64,000 bases of DNA from Cyanophora paradoxa CCMP329 (taxonomy: Eukaryota > Plantae > Glaucophyta). The stretch's first letter is position 1, and each line of letters starts with the position of its first letter. The stretch spans positions 269,064 to 333,063 of the forward strand of contig QPMI01000519.1 of assembly GCA_004431415.1 (NCBI GenBank), in the 5' to 3' direction. Made by a program: the position numbers and the translations under genes. Shown in pieces: positions 12,431 to 23,535 of this stretch. Below the pieces are notes generated by a model, which saw nothing but the letters and a program-made list of their open reading frames with translations, was not told where the DNA came from and made no database searches.

Positions 12431-15400
12431 ATGAAGGCGCTCGGCCGTGCGCTCAAACGCACGCTCACGGGCAAGGTGCCGATGAAGTGCGTCGAACGGC
12501 CTGCTTTTTGACACGCACCGCCGAAGCTCCTCCGACCCACAGCCGCCCGCCCTCCGCCCGTCCCTAACCGAGCACGCGTCGCAGGTACTCGTTCAACATC
12601 GTGCTTTCCTTCGGTGAGCGCCTGCGCCCCGCCCTGCCCGCCGCTCGCCGGACGGCTAACGCCCGCCGCAGCTCAAAACTTCCCGTGAGCGCCGCGCTCT
12701 GCGTGAGCGCCGCGCGAGTGCTGCGCTAAAGCCAAGCGCAGCTCGAGGATCCAAGGAACGATGGTGCAGACCGAGCTGAAGGTCGGCGCGCGCTTTTCGA
12801 AAACCAGTCGAGCCGCTGAGCCCCGCACAGCGGGGGACGAAGACGCGGGCCAGCGGCCCCGCGTCGATCCAGCAGCGCAACGGGAAGGAAATCGCCGTGT
12901 GGGAAGAAACGCTCTCAGTGACGGTCACGATGTGCGCCCCCCGCGGAGCCTCAACCCGCCCGCCTCGCTTCGCCGCGCCGCGGACCGACGCGGCGGGCAG
13001 GTTCAAGGACCAGCGCACGCACCAGTTCACAGAGAAGGAGGCGAAGATCAGCGTGCTGGCGGTGGAGGGCCCGGCCAAGCAGCGCGTGCTCGGGAGCACG
13101 TACCTGAACCTGGCGGAGTTCGTGCTGCCGGGCACGCAAGAGTTCCGCGAGACGCTCGTGCTCCCGCTCTCGAACTCGGCGAGCAAGCGGCAGCGCAAGT
13201 TCTCGCGTGGCGCCCAGAGCGCTCCCCACGACGCGGTGCTCCTCACGGCCACCATTCAGACATGGTGGCTCCAGGATTACAAGCGGCGGTCTGCCGAGCC
13301 GGCCCCCCTCCCCGCGCCCCGCCCGCCGCCGCTCAGCGGAGGGGGCGCAGGGACGACGCGTCGAGCCACCTCTCGGACCGCACGGGCGTCACCGCCACGA
13401 CGGCGGGCGCCCTCGGGGCCGACACTGACTTCGGTGCTCTAGAGCTCGGCTGAGCGCCCGCCAGTCGCTTGAACCGACCCCGCCGGCCGCAGACGACTCG
13501 GATGTTGAGGACGCGGCCCCGGAACCCGACCAGGTGCCCCCTGCTGCCCGGCCCCCGCCGCCTCCTCCCCCCCTCCTTGCGCGGTCGAACCCCCGCTCGC
13601 AGTACCGTCGTCAGAACGGGCAGCCGGCCGGCCCGCCCGCGCCGGCCTGGCAGCAGCCGCCGCCCCAGCCGCAAGCGCCCCTGTGCGTGGGCCCGCCCGC
13701 CGGCCCCCTCGCTTTCCTCTTGCCCACGGCCGCGGCGCAGGGCGCAGCCGCTCATGGGATCAAACCGGCCCTCAATGGAGGGCTCGAGCCGGAGCCGGGG
13801 ACTCTTCGGCGTGGATCCGGGCCCGGGCCCGGCGCAGACGCAGGCGCCGCCACAGTTCCGCCCCCCGCCCCCCGCGGGGCCGCCGCCGCCAGCGCCGCAC
13901 CTTCAGCAGCACCCGCAGTCCGCGGCGGCGCCGTACCGGCCCCCGCCGCCGGCCGGCCCGCCTCCGCCGCAGCCGCAGCCGATCCCGCAGCCGATCCAGT
14001 CGTCCTACCGGCCCCCGCCGCAGCACGTGATGGGGGGCCACGCCGCCCCGCCCGCGCCTGCGCCCATCCAGCAGTCGTACCAGCCGCCGGCGCAGCCGTA
14101 CCAGCCGCCGGGGCCGCCATACCAGCCGTCGGCGCAGCCATACCAGCCGCCGGGGCCGCCGGCGCCGCAGTTCCACCAGCCGCCGGGACCGCCGCCAGCC
14201 GCGAGCTACATGCCGGAGCCCGTCCCGACCCCCCAGAGCTCCTTCCGGGGCCGCGACCCGGCGCCCGTCTTCCGCCCCATCGGCGCGCCCGCCGGCGCCG
14301 TACCCGGCGAGCCGCCGCGCGTACCCGTCGCCCGGTCGCGCTCGGCCGACCCCGCCGCGTTCGGCAGCCCCGCCGACCGGCACGGGGGCCGATGGGCGCG
14401 GGGCCCGGCGCGCCGTTCCTGGGCGCCGGTCCGCCCCTCACGCCGGCGGGCAGCGGCGGGCGCGTGCGCAGCGCGTATGCCGCGGACGCGCCGGTCGGTT
14501 CGGGCCACCGGGGCACCTTCCAGCTGCAGGCGGAGCAGCCGGCGGCGCCCCTGCAGCAGCCCTCGCGCCCGTCGCTCGACCGCAGCGCCGCCGGCCCCGC
14601 CAGCGGGCGCCCCTCGCTCGACCGGTCGGCCTCGGGCGGGGCCCGACGGGCGGCGCCCCGGGCTCCGGCATCTTCCCCTCCACCTCAGCCCGCTCCTTCG
14701 TGCAGGCGCTGGGGCCTTCCCCGGAGGGGCCGCGGGCCCCGGGCCGGCGCTGGGCCCCACCTCCCTCGCCCCCGCCTTCTCGCACGCGCAGGCCCAGGTC
14801 GCCGGCCGGGCCGCCCAGTGGGAGGCGGGGCCGCAGCAGCGCTCGCTGGCCCCCGCGGGGCCGGCGCCGCCCCTGCGGCGGCCCGAGGGCCCCGGCTCCG
14901 ACGGGCCGTCCCCCGCCGAGACGCCCCGCAGCGTGGCCGCGTACGGCCCGGGGCCCGGCATCTCCCCGGCCGCCCTCACCCGCGCCCTCACCGCCGCCCA
15001 GCAGGCCAGCCTCCCCCGCTCCCCTCCCTGTATCCCCCTAACGCCCCGGGCAGGCGGAGGCGGGGCAGCGCGAGGCCGAGCTCCGGCGCCTCCACGACCT
15101 CGAGGGGCGCGTCAAGGTCGGGCCCGCTCCCCCCCGCGCCCGCCTTCGCGAGCGCCGCCGCACGCTCGAGCGCCGCGGGCAACGCAGACGCTGTACCTGG
15201 CGAACGTGGAGCTGCAGCGGGAGCGGCAGCAGCTGCAGGAGGAGAAGGCGGCGATCGCCGCGCAGCTCAAGGCGGCCGAGGAGCGCGCCGCCTGGCTCCA
15301 CGCCGACCGCGAGCGGCTGAACGAGCAGCTGAACCGGGGCGCCGCCAAGGACCAGCACCTGCGCGCCGCTGAGGAGGCCGTCTCCCGCGTCGAGCGGGAG

Positions 15401-16293
15401 CGCGACCGCATGGCCGGGGAGCTGCGGGCGGCGCGCGACACGGCGGGGCGCCAGCGGGCGACCTTCGAGGCCGAGCTGCGCGCCGCCGTCGAGCGCGCCT
15501 GGGCCGACAGCACCGAGCAGCACCGCGCCTCCGCCGCCCGCCTCGCCGACGAGAACGCCGCCCTCCGCGTTCGCGCACCCCCGCCCCGCCTCGCGCGTGC
15601 CCCCGGACCGAGGCCGTACCCCCGCAGCGGCGCGTGGACGAGCTCGCCGTGCTCGCGTCGGCGCCGCGGAGCCCCATGAAGGTGCCACCGCGTACCCCCC
15701 TTCCCGCATGCGCTGCGCGGCGTTTGACGCGGGCGGCGGGGCAGGCGCCGGCGCCGGCGAACGCGGGGGCGGGGCGGGTGGAGTTCGTGTGCGCGAAGTG
15801 CAAGATGGACCCCATGCGGCGCGGCACGTACACGCTCTCCGACGGGCGCTCCCTCGACGACGTTCGTGGCGCCTCAGATCTGAGACGGGGGAGGGGGTAC
15901 AGCGCGTGCCTGAGAGTCCGTCCAGGTGGAGGACTTGATCGGGGCCAAGCTGGCGCTCGCCGAGGCGCACACGGTGCGCGATGCTGCACCTCTCACCGCA
16001 CCCTCCCCCTCTCACGGGGGTACAGGACCTGCACGAGCTGCGGAACGCGATGGCGAAGATGAAGCGCCGGTCCAACGCGCTCGAGGACGAGATCCGCAAG
16101 GCCAAGGCACGCTCGCTTCCCTTCTGCCCCTGATTTTGCCCCGGCCGTCCAATTCCGAGTGTACCCGTGCCCGCAGCTGATCCTGGAGACGCACGTGCCG
16201 GGGTACAAGTCCTCGGACGAGGGTCTCTTCAGCGACCTGGGGAAGTGCCTCCCGCTGCTCTCGCAGCCCCCCGCCGACCTCTTCAAGTCGTAG
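12431..16293 (+). CDS. NT-type C2 domain protein (EEIG1/EHBP1-like N-terminus) with Pro/Gln-rich linker and C-terminal coiled coil
   Basis: MKALGRALKR...KYSFNIVLSFAQNF...ELK|RGTK...VWEETLSVTVTM|FKDQRTHQFTEKEAKISVLAVE...RVLGSTYLNLAEF is a typical NT-C2 signature. Coiled-coil exons at 15189-15570 and EDLIGAKLALAE; TAG at 16291-16293. Confidence 0.8.
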
Positions 16294-16899
16294 CCGCGCC
16301 GGCGCCCGCCTTCCCGGCGCCCGCGGCGCGTCGCGCGCGGCCCTCTGCGGCTGTGGATCCCTCGAGCTGTGCATGTGGCTGCAGTTCTTTTGAGCTCGAG
16401 TTATCCAGCTGTCAGGCTGAGAGCTGAGGGCACTGCGGGCCTGCGGCACCGGGCCGGGGCCCGGGCCAGCGGCTCGAGACTCCATTCACAATTAAAGCCT
16501 TGAAGGCCGCCGGCCGCGGCCGGCCGCGGCCGGGGGACGTCGACGCAGCTGCATGCGCATGCGTAGGAGGCCGCATAAGCTTAGCTTCGAGCCTTGTTGG
16601 GCTGGCCTGATGCATGGGGCTTGGGCTTGGGCTTGCAATTGGGGTACAAGGCTCCGATGAGTTTTTTGAAGTGGTTTTTCGGTAAAATTCCGAACAGACA
16701 CGCGCAGGCTTGTTGGATCGATCGATCGGCGGCAGGAGCTTGAGCAGCAGCACTGCGACAGCGCCTGCGGTGGCAGCAGTGCATACGCAGCAGCGCAGCG
16801 CTGCATCGGTCGAGCTCGAGGCAGTCCGCGGCCGTAAAATTGACCCAGGGGCGCGCCATATATACCGTACGCGTCGACGATCCTCGCCGGATCGTCGCC

Positions 16900-17652
16900 A
16901 TGGAGCAGCCGGCGTTGCATTCCATCATCGGCGTCAGGTTCCTGCGCGTGGCCAAGCTCGTTGTCCGCCTCCTGAGGCTCCGCGCCGCGGCCGCGGCCGC
17001 CGGCCGCGGTGCCATACGCATCGGCAAGCGTGCGTACTCGTACAGTAGGATAGCAGCTGCAAGATCCAAGGCGCCGGCATGCGCAGCCGCGGCCGTACAC
17101 GTGCCGCCCCGCGCGGTACCGGTCGCGCGGGTCCCGGCCCCGATCTCCGCGTGCATCCGCGCTACCCCGGCGCTCCGCTCGATCGTGCAGAAGATCGCCC
17201 TCGCGGGCGGCCTCCCCGAGGAGCGGCGACCTGGTGGTGCAGGCGTACGAGCGCCGGAGCGGCGAGCTGGCGGCGCGGGAGGCGATCTACCTGCTGCGGC
17301 ACGAGAACTGCGAGCGCTTCCTCAAGGACGCGGGGCCCATGCGGGAGCTCGCCGCCCTCGCGGAGGCGATCGACGCGGACGAGGCATCGCAGCGGCACCT
17401 CGCGGCGCTGGACGAGATCTGGGCGATGGCCTTCGAGCGCAACCCCAAGGGCTCCAGCACGTACTACCGCCTCCTCGAGCGGCCCATGTCGATCGCCACC
17501 ACTGCGGTACGCCCGCTGCCCTTGATCCCCGCACGCGCACCCATGCGCCTCGCGATCGTCCCCGCCTCGAGCTCATGATCACGCCCCGCCTCACGCCCCG
17601 AGCACGCGCAGGTCATGTTTTTGTACCATTAATTAGGCTCTCAAAATCTTAA
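16900..17652 (+). CDS. Hypothetical protein (possibly decaying gene)
   Basis: Host-like codon usage in exon 17243-17506 (AYERRSGELAAREAIYLLRHENCERFLKD...TYYRLLERP) with plausible splice sites; no family recognised. Confidence 0.35.
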   Translation: MEQPALHSIIGVRFLRVAKLVVRLLRLRAAAAAAGRGAIRIGKRAYSYSRIAAARSKAPACAAAAVHVPPRAVPVARVPAPISACIRATPALRSIVQKIALAGGLPEERRPGGAGVRAPERRAGGAGGDLPAAARELRALPQGRGAHAGARRPRGGDRRGRGIAAAPRGAGRDLGDGLRAQPQGLQHVLPPPRAAHVDRHHCGTPAALDPRTRTHAPRDRPRLELMITPRLTPRARAGHVFVPLIRLSKS

Positions 17653-18027
17653 TCCTAAGCGTTTTTCTCTTGATCATGAGCTTAAGGTTGCAATTGTATT
17701 AGCTATCATACTATGATAGTATAGGAATAATACATATAGCTAGTGCTGCCAGGATGTACAGCCTAGGCCTCGTAGGCCGATGGTTCCGGCTTAAAGAGCC
17801 GCTTGCGTGTATACGTATATCATGATCATATGCATGATCATCGTAAATGATCGAACCTGCTGATTTCACATGCGCAGCTGCAGTCTTGACGCTAATATAT
17901 TTTTTTCAGGATAGCCCAATTCTTGGGCGATGATGTTATTTTCAGTTAGCTAACCGTTGAACTTCATCGTATGCACTACCGGTTCGGACTGGGCCGAACT
18001 CTGGGTCAGCTCATGACCTGTGGCCGG

Positions 18028-18480
18028 TACACAGGGATAGGCGCTTCGACGCTAACTCTAAGCGTTCAGTGTGGCCTTGGGGGAGAGCTTGGGCGGGGTG
18101 TCCTTCTTGGGCTCGCGTTGGCGGTACGTAGTCGGTAGGGGGGGTGGGGGGGTGGGGTGGGGTGGGGGGTAGTACAGGCCTAGGGCGGTTGCACATCCCC
18201 CTATCTTTGGGCGTGAGGGCGCGGGGCGGGTGTCCCGGGGAGCCGGGATGGGGCGAGGTACGTAGGGGAGGGGTGAGCACAGGCTAGGTGGGGGCCCAGC
18301 TGGGCCGGGGCTAAGGTGCGGGGCGAGTGGCGGGGGTGGCCTGATCGGGGTCGTGAGCGCGCGCCTGGCATTGCTTCACAGAGCATACAGGACAGCTGTG
18401 AGTCTCGCCCGTGAGGGGAGCAAGGCCTTGAGGCCGCTCAGGTAAGAAGAAATGACTAAAGGAAAGAAAGAAAGAAAGGG
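18028..18480 (+). mobile_element. Putative 5'-truncated non-LTR retroposon copy with (GAAA)n tail and 8-bp target-site duplication
   Basis: gtggccgg at 18020-18027 and 18481-18488 flanks a G-rich insert ending ...ggaaagaaagaaagaaaggg. Confidence 0.45.
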
Positions 18481-18519
18481 GTGGCCGGGGGCCCCAACTC
18501 TAGGAGGGTCCTAGAGAGT

Positions 18520-18920
18520 CTACGCCGCTGCGTTGTCCGCCGCCGCGGCGCGGCGGCCGGCGAGCTAGGCCTCTACGGCGGCGGGGCCGCCGATGGCCGC
18601 CGTGAGCTCGGTGAGGAGCTTCTGGGTGGCCTGGTAGTTGGCGAGCGTGATGTTGGCCGGGGCGGGGCCGGGGGCGGGGCCGGGCCCGGGGCGGGCGCGG
18701 GGGCGGCGATCGGCGCGGGGGCGGCGGCGGCGGCTGCCGCGGCAGCGGCGGCGGCGGGGTGGGGCGCGGGGGCAGCCGGGGCGGCGGGGGCGGCGGCGCC
18801 GCCCTTGTTCTTCTTGCGCGCGTCGGGCCCGAGGCGCTCGGCCGCGCGCTGGCGGGACTTAATTTAGCTTGGCTGCGGCTGCGATCTTGGCGGCCTCCTC
18901 GTTGGTATACAGCTTCTACA
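18520..18920 (-). pseudogene. Decayed coding fragment
   Basis: Minus strand reads KLYTNEEAAKIAAAAK/(frameshift)KSRQRAAERLGPDARKKNKG...ANITLANYQATQKLLTELTAAIGG with TAG stops downstream. Confidence 0.35.
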
Positions 18921-20399
18921 TATGCTTATGCATATGATCATGAGCTCAATTGCAAGGGCCTGGCGATGCGCTTGCGCGCATGGAGTATATATATATGGGC
19001 CGGCTGTCCTGGTTCCCTTGTTTAGAAATTTGCATAATGGATGCTTCAGGCCTGTGCACTGGCATGCAAGTTCTAGCTCGAGCGTGAGGAGGGTGCCCAG
19101 CTCCCTCGTGCAGTTAAAAGCTTTCGAATTGCTCCCCTAGGGGGCCAAGGACGTCCCAGAGCAGACGGGGGCCGACTTATTCGTGTGTATATCGATATCG
19201 CAGGCGCCCCCCAAGCTCGCCGACCGTATAGGAGGCTTGCATCGAGGGGGTGTCAAGGGGACCAGTCGTCTCGTGGGAGAGGGACTCGGGACCGGCGGGC
19301 ATGAGGGGCGGGCGGCGCGGGGCCTGGCAGCGACCGCCGGGACGACTGGGAAGACTTCGACGGAGCCCGGGGATTCCGGGTCCGATAGTGGGCGAGCGTC
19401 ATCCGGCTCGGACCCCACGAGGGCGGGTCCCGGCGAGGCCGGGCCCTGAGGCAGGCGAGCGCCGTCTGGCTCAGACCCCGCGGTGGTAGCTGGGCGAGCG
19501 TTTGAGTGCTCATGCGCCCGGGTATGCGTGGGGGTCGTCGGCTTGCATGCCGGCGCCAGCGGCGCCAGCAGAGGCGGCGTCGCAGCGGGGCGGGGAGCGG
19601 GGCGCACCGCCGCGTCTTGGGGCGTTTGCTCCGCGTCCCGCCAGAGGCCTGCGAGCGTCGCGCACGCGTCACGGAGAGCCAAGTGAGCGGGGGGATGCGG
19701 CCCCGTGGTTCTTGAGTGTCGTGCTGGCGCGGGCGGCCTCGCGCACGGGTCGCTGGCGTCGGCATGCTCTGTGGCAGTACGGGGCCGGCGTCAAAGTTCG
19801 TGGAGGAGGGGCGCGGGCGGAGGGCGTGAGCGACGGGCGCGGGGAGGGTCCCGCATGATCGGCGGCAGCGGAGCCGGGTGCGTTGGCGGAGCCGCGCGTC
19901 CGACTGCCGGAGTCGAGTCGAGTTGTGCGTCGTGCGCTGTAGACGTGAGCTCAGGCGAGCCGCGCATGCGCGGGTGGCAGGCGTTGGCGGGAAGGCGGGC
20001 GGAGCGAGGACGGGAGCTTAAATGAGCGTATGTTGGCTCTAGATGTGGTGTGGCGTCTCTCGGGCGCGCTCGGAGCGGCAGGAGAAGGCGGCGGGGATCG
20101 GCCCGTTTAAACACGTTACCGCGGGAGCTGGCGCGAGTCGCGGCGCCACCAGGGGCGCAACTGCTCTTCTAGATGTCTGTGGTGTCGCTGCGGCTGCCGT
20201 TGCCCGCCCGGCTGACCTGCTTTGCGCGTTCGGGCCGTGCTGGTCGTAGGGCGTCGGCGCCGCGAGTTTTGGGACCGGCCACGTGCAGTGCTAACAGGCA
20301 CCCGCGTTAGGGAAGCCCCACTGCGCCGGCTTACTCGCTCGCGGGCCTTCGCGCAATTTTCCGGGGTACCGGAATCTCTCCTTGACGCTAATATATATA

Positions 20400-22038
20400 T
20401 AATCAGATTTTCTAGATCTCTCCGAGTCTCTGCGTCCCCGGTCTCTTTGCATCTGCATCCACTTTCCCGGATCCGCTTGCAGGCCCCCTCGCCTCCAGAG
20501 CTCGCCATCACTTCGGCCTCCCTCGCCTCCGCTCTCGATTCTCCATACCCTTCGAATAGCCGCCTTCTCTCTCCTCCTCCGCCCTCCCTCCCCCCTCGAG
20601 CTCCGGGTCCTCGGCCTCTGCCCGCTTCCGAGTGTTGGCGAGACTGTCCTCTTTTCGGTCTCCCCGTCATTCCGGCTCCCTGCTCCCCTTCGGCGCCTCG
20701 GGTCCCATATGCGGGTCCTATCCCGCTTCCTGGCGCTCGTGAGATTCGCCGCCGGCGCCCTCGTCGGGCCCTTGCGCCCTCGAGCTCGTCTCTCTCTGCG
20801 CCGCCCATGGCCATGACCTCCGTGTCATCTGATCCGGCGCCACCCGACCTTTCTCCAGCTTCGCTGCCCTCTCTTCGGCGCCGGCAGCGATCCCCGTCAC
20901 CTGCTCGCGGCCCTTCCCCTGCCTCCGACCCTTCCTCGGCCCCCTCCTCGCCTAGGCCTCTTCCGTCTCGTCGGCCCCCGCCGCATTCCCGTCGGCGGAT
21001 CTCTCGATCGACCCTGGACTCTCCGCCTGCCACTGTCTGCGGGGTACCTCCGCCGCCGTGTTCGGCGCCGGCTGTCAGTACTTTGCTCGGTAGCTCCCCC
21101 GTCGTGGCTCCTCGGGGGCCTCTTCGTCGTCGTCGTTCGCTGGGTTCCGGCTCCGGGTCAGATTTCTCGCCGGGCTTACCTTCTCCTGGCTCTGCTCCTG
21201 GGCCCTCAGCTCCGGGACCGGCTTCCCCGATCTCCTCCCGGACTCGTGGTCGTACCCGTCGCCGGCTTGCCGAGCCTGCGGCTCCTTCTACTTCCCCCCG
21301 GCGGTTTGCCGGGCCGGACCCTCCGGCCTTTGTTCTTGATACCGGACTGCCGCCTTTGCCTTCGTCTTCTGCTTCGCTGGTCGCGATCGTATCCCGCCGG
21401 CGCCGGCGTACTTCTTCGTCTTCTAGTTTAGTTCGGTCTGGTTCGGATTCTGATCGTAGTGTTGATGCTAGAGTTAGTTTCAATACTAGCTATAGTCCTC
21501 GTGCTCGACCTGTTGTTCGCCGTCGTTTGCAGTTCGATTGCCCGCCTCGACCCTGGCCGGCTTTAGTGATTCCTTTGACTGTCCTTTTGCCTGCTCTTGA
21601 TCCGCCTGCTCCGCCTCCTGTGTCCTCCTCGACCTCGTGCCGTAGCTCTGCCCTTTCGCATCGTCCTGCTTCGCCTCCGCCTCCATGTCGTCTTGTTGTT
21701 CCTCTTACTTGTCTTCTTCCTGTTATTTATCTTTCTCAATTTTGTCCCCCGCTTCTTAGTGATGTAATTCCTTCTGATATTGATGGTATCTCTAGCTCTG
21801 GCTCTTCTTCGTGTCAGTTATCCTCTGTCCCTAGATCTGCTCGATTTATCGTCTCTTCTCGCTATCGATCTGTCTCGAGCTCTGTGTCTTTCCTTTTTTA
21901 TTGTCGATTTTGGCTCTTTGTCTTATCTTTCTTCGTGCTCTTGTCTTAGTTATTTTGCTTTTTTGTCTTTATGCCCCCTGGGCAGCCCCCGCAGTGCTGG
22001 TGTCTAGAGACTGTGGCCGGTAATTCACCAAAAAAAAA
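20400..22038 (+). mobile_element. Putative LINE-like 3' fragment: intronless C/T-skewed segment ending in poly(A)
   Basis: Abrupt compositional shift (pyrimidine-rich, T-ending codons, no introns), a long Ser/Pro-rich ORF (20222-21949), a T-rich 3' region and terminal ...gtggccggtaattcacc-A9 (22030-22038). No RT motifs seen. Confidence 0.5.
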
Positions 22039-22594
22039 CTCTGCAGCTGTGGCATTAAATATTTGCGCATGCAGTGCAGCTGGGCGCCGGGGCCTCGGAT
22101 GAGCCCCCCAGGGCCTGGCCCCGAGCCTCGGAGGATCGGACCGGAGTACTCGTGAACTGCTGCTTGCAGTTTGCTTACAAATCACCTCGCGTGGCCTACC
22201 GTTATAATTACCGGCTGGGCGGCGGCGGCTAGAAAACGTAGCGCTCGAGCTCAAGCTCGGCGAGCGGGTCACCCTCGCCCTCCATCTCCATCAGGGCGCC
22301 AAGCGCCGGGCTGGCCAGCGCCGTCGGCGTCGCGGCGGGGCTCGCGAGCGGGAAAGGCGCCGGCGTCGCACCCGCGCAGTCCGGCCGCGGGCTGCTCGGC
22401 ACGCTGCGCACCGGTACGGTACGGTGGCGGCCAATAATTATGATCAAGTGGGGCGCGATGCATTTGAAGGGAAACAATTGATACGTATACTCGCGGTTGA
22501 TCGTTATATTTAGCGGGCTCTGCGCGCGCCGCGGTACTTGGGACCCGGGATCCGCGCGCGAAAATTGATGTTTGCGTCGAAAGCTCAACTTAGC

Positions 22595-23272
22595 TTAACT
22601 TAGTAAGCTTTTAAGGCCAGCGTTAGCGCTACAGTTAACGTTCGGACCTGTCGGCAAAGCCCGGGTGCGAGATATCAAACATGCGCTCGGGGAGGACGAA
22701 GGGGTTCCAAACACAGCACGGATCTGCGCATGCCGCAAAATCGTCGGGATCAATATCAGCGCGAGCGCAAAATTCAGATGATTTTCGAAACCATAAGGCA
22801 CCTCCCAGCTCCCAGCTGCGCGAAATATCGTAAGCCGAGGCCCAAGATTCATTTCAAAACCTTGTACGCACCCGTTCGAGTAGCCGTCGCCATCCGAATC
22901 CTTTTCGCACAGCTCCTTTGTCCACTTGTGACCCGCACGCGCGAAATCCTCGCCGAAGACGTTTCGCGGGCCGCCGCCGAGCTTTCGAATTCACGCGCCT
23001 CAAAAGAGATTGCGCAACGCGTACGCGTTAAAGGTTGTTTCGCGCGCTTTCGCGCGCACCGCGTTCTCGTGCCCCACGCCGATCCAGGGAAGGCCGCCGC
23101 GCTTCACGAGGATGCCGTTCGGGATCAACGAAAGGTACCTGCGCCGACCCGTGCTCGCTCGCGATCGCAAAAGTCGCGTGCGTGGCGGGGCGACGGGCGC
23201 GCACATCGGAAACGCGGAGACGTTCAAGAAGACGCTGAGGAGCAGGATTACCGCAGCGGTTCCGCGAGGCAT
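22595..23272 (-). CDS. Small secreted temptin-like protein (standalone temptin domain)
   Basis: Signal peptide MPRGTAAVILLLSVFLNVSA then FPMYLSLIPNG...WIGVGHENA-GGGPRNVFGEDFARAGHKWTKELCEKDSDGDGYSNG|WELG|DPCCVW...DISHPG, matching the temptin signature (IPNG, GVGH, GGG-RN-FG-DF, WT-LC-DSDGDG-NG-ELGDP-C-W, SHPG). The 3' end is approximate. Confidence 0.85.
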
Positions 23273-23535
23273 GGCCCGGCTGTTCAACGGTTGATTGTGT
23301 TTGTCTAAATTTGAGGGCGCTTCGAATTCCTTCTCTCCCTCTCCCTCCTATTTTCCTCTTTAGATTTAGTTCTCTCCTTTCAACGGTTATCTGACCCCAC
23401 TCGCCCCCTGTTTCCCGCCGGCGCCGCCCTCCCCGCCCTTTCCGAGTCCTCTCTCGTCGACTTCTCCTTCGTCCTATCGTCGCTCGCGCATTTCGCAGAG
23501 CGGCGAGGCGCGGGAGGGATCGCGAGGAGGGGGGC

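Noticed and set aside
17880-22040. Autonomous transposon, Fanzor/TnpB or hammerhead-bearing element
   Set aside because: No RT, transposase, RuvC or hammerhead core motifs found by eye.
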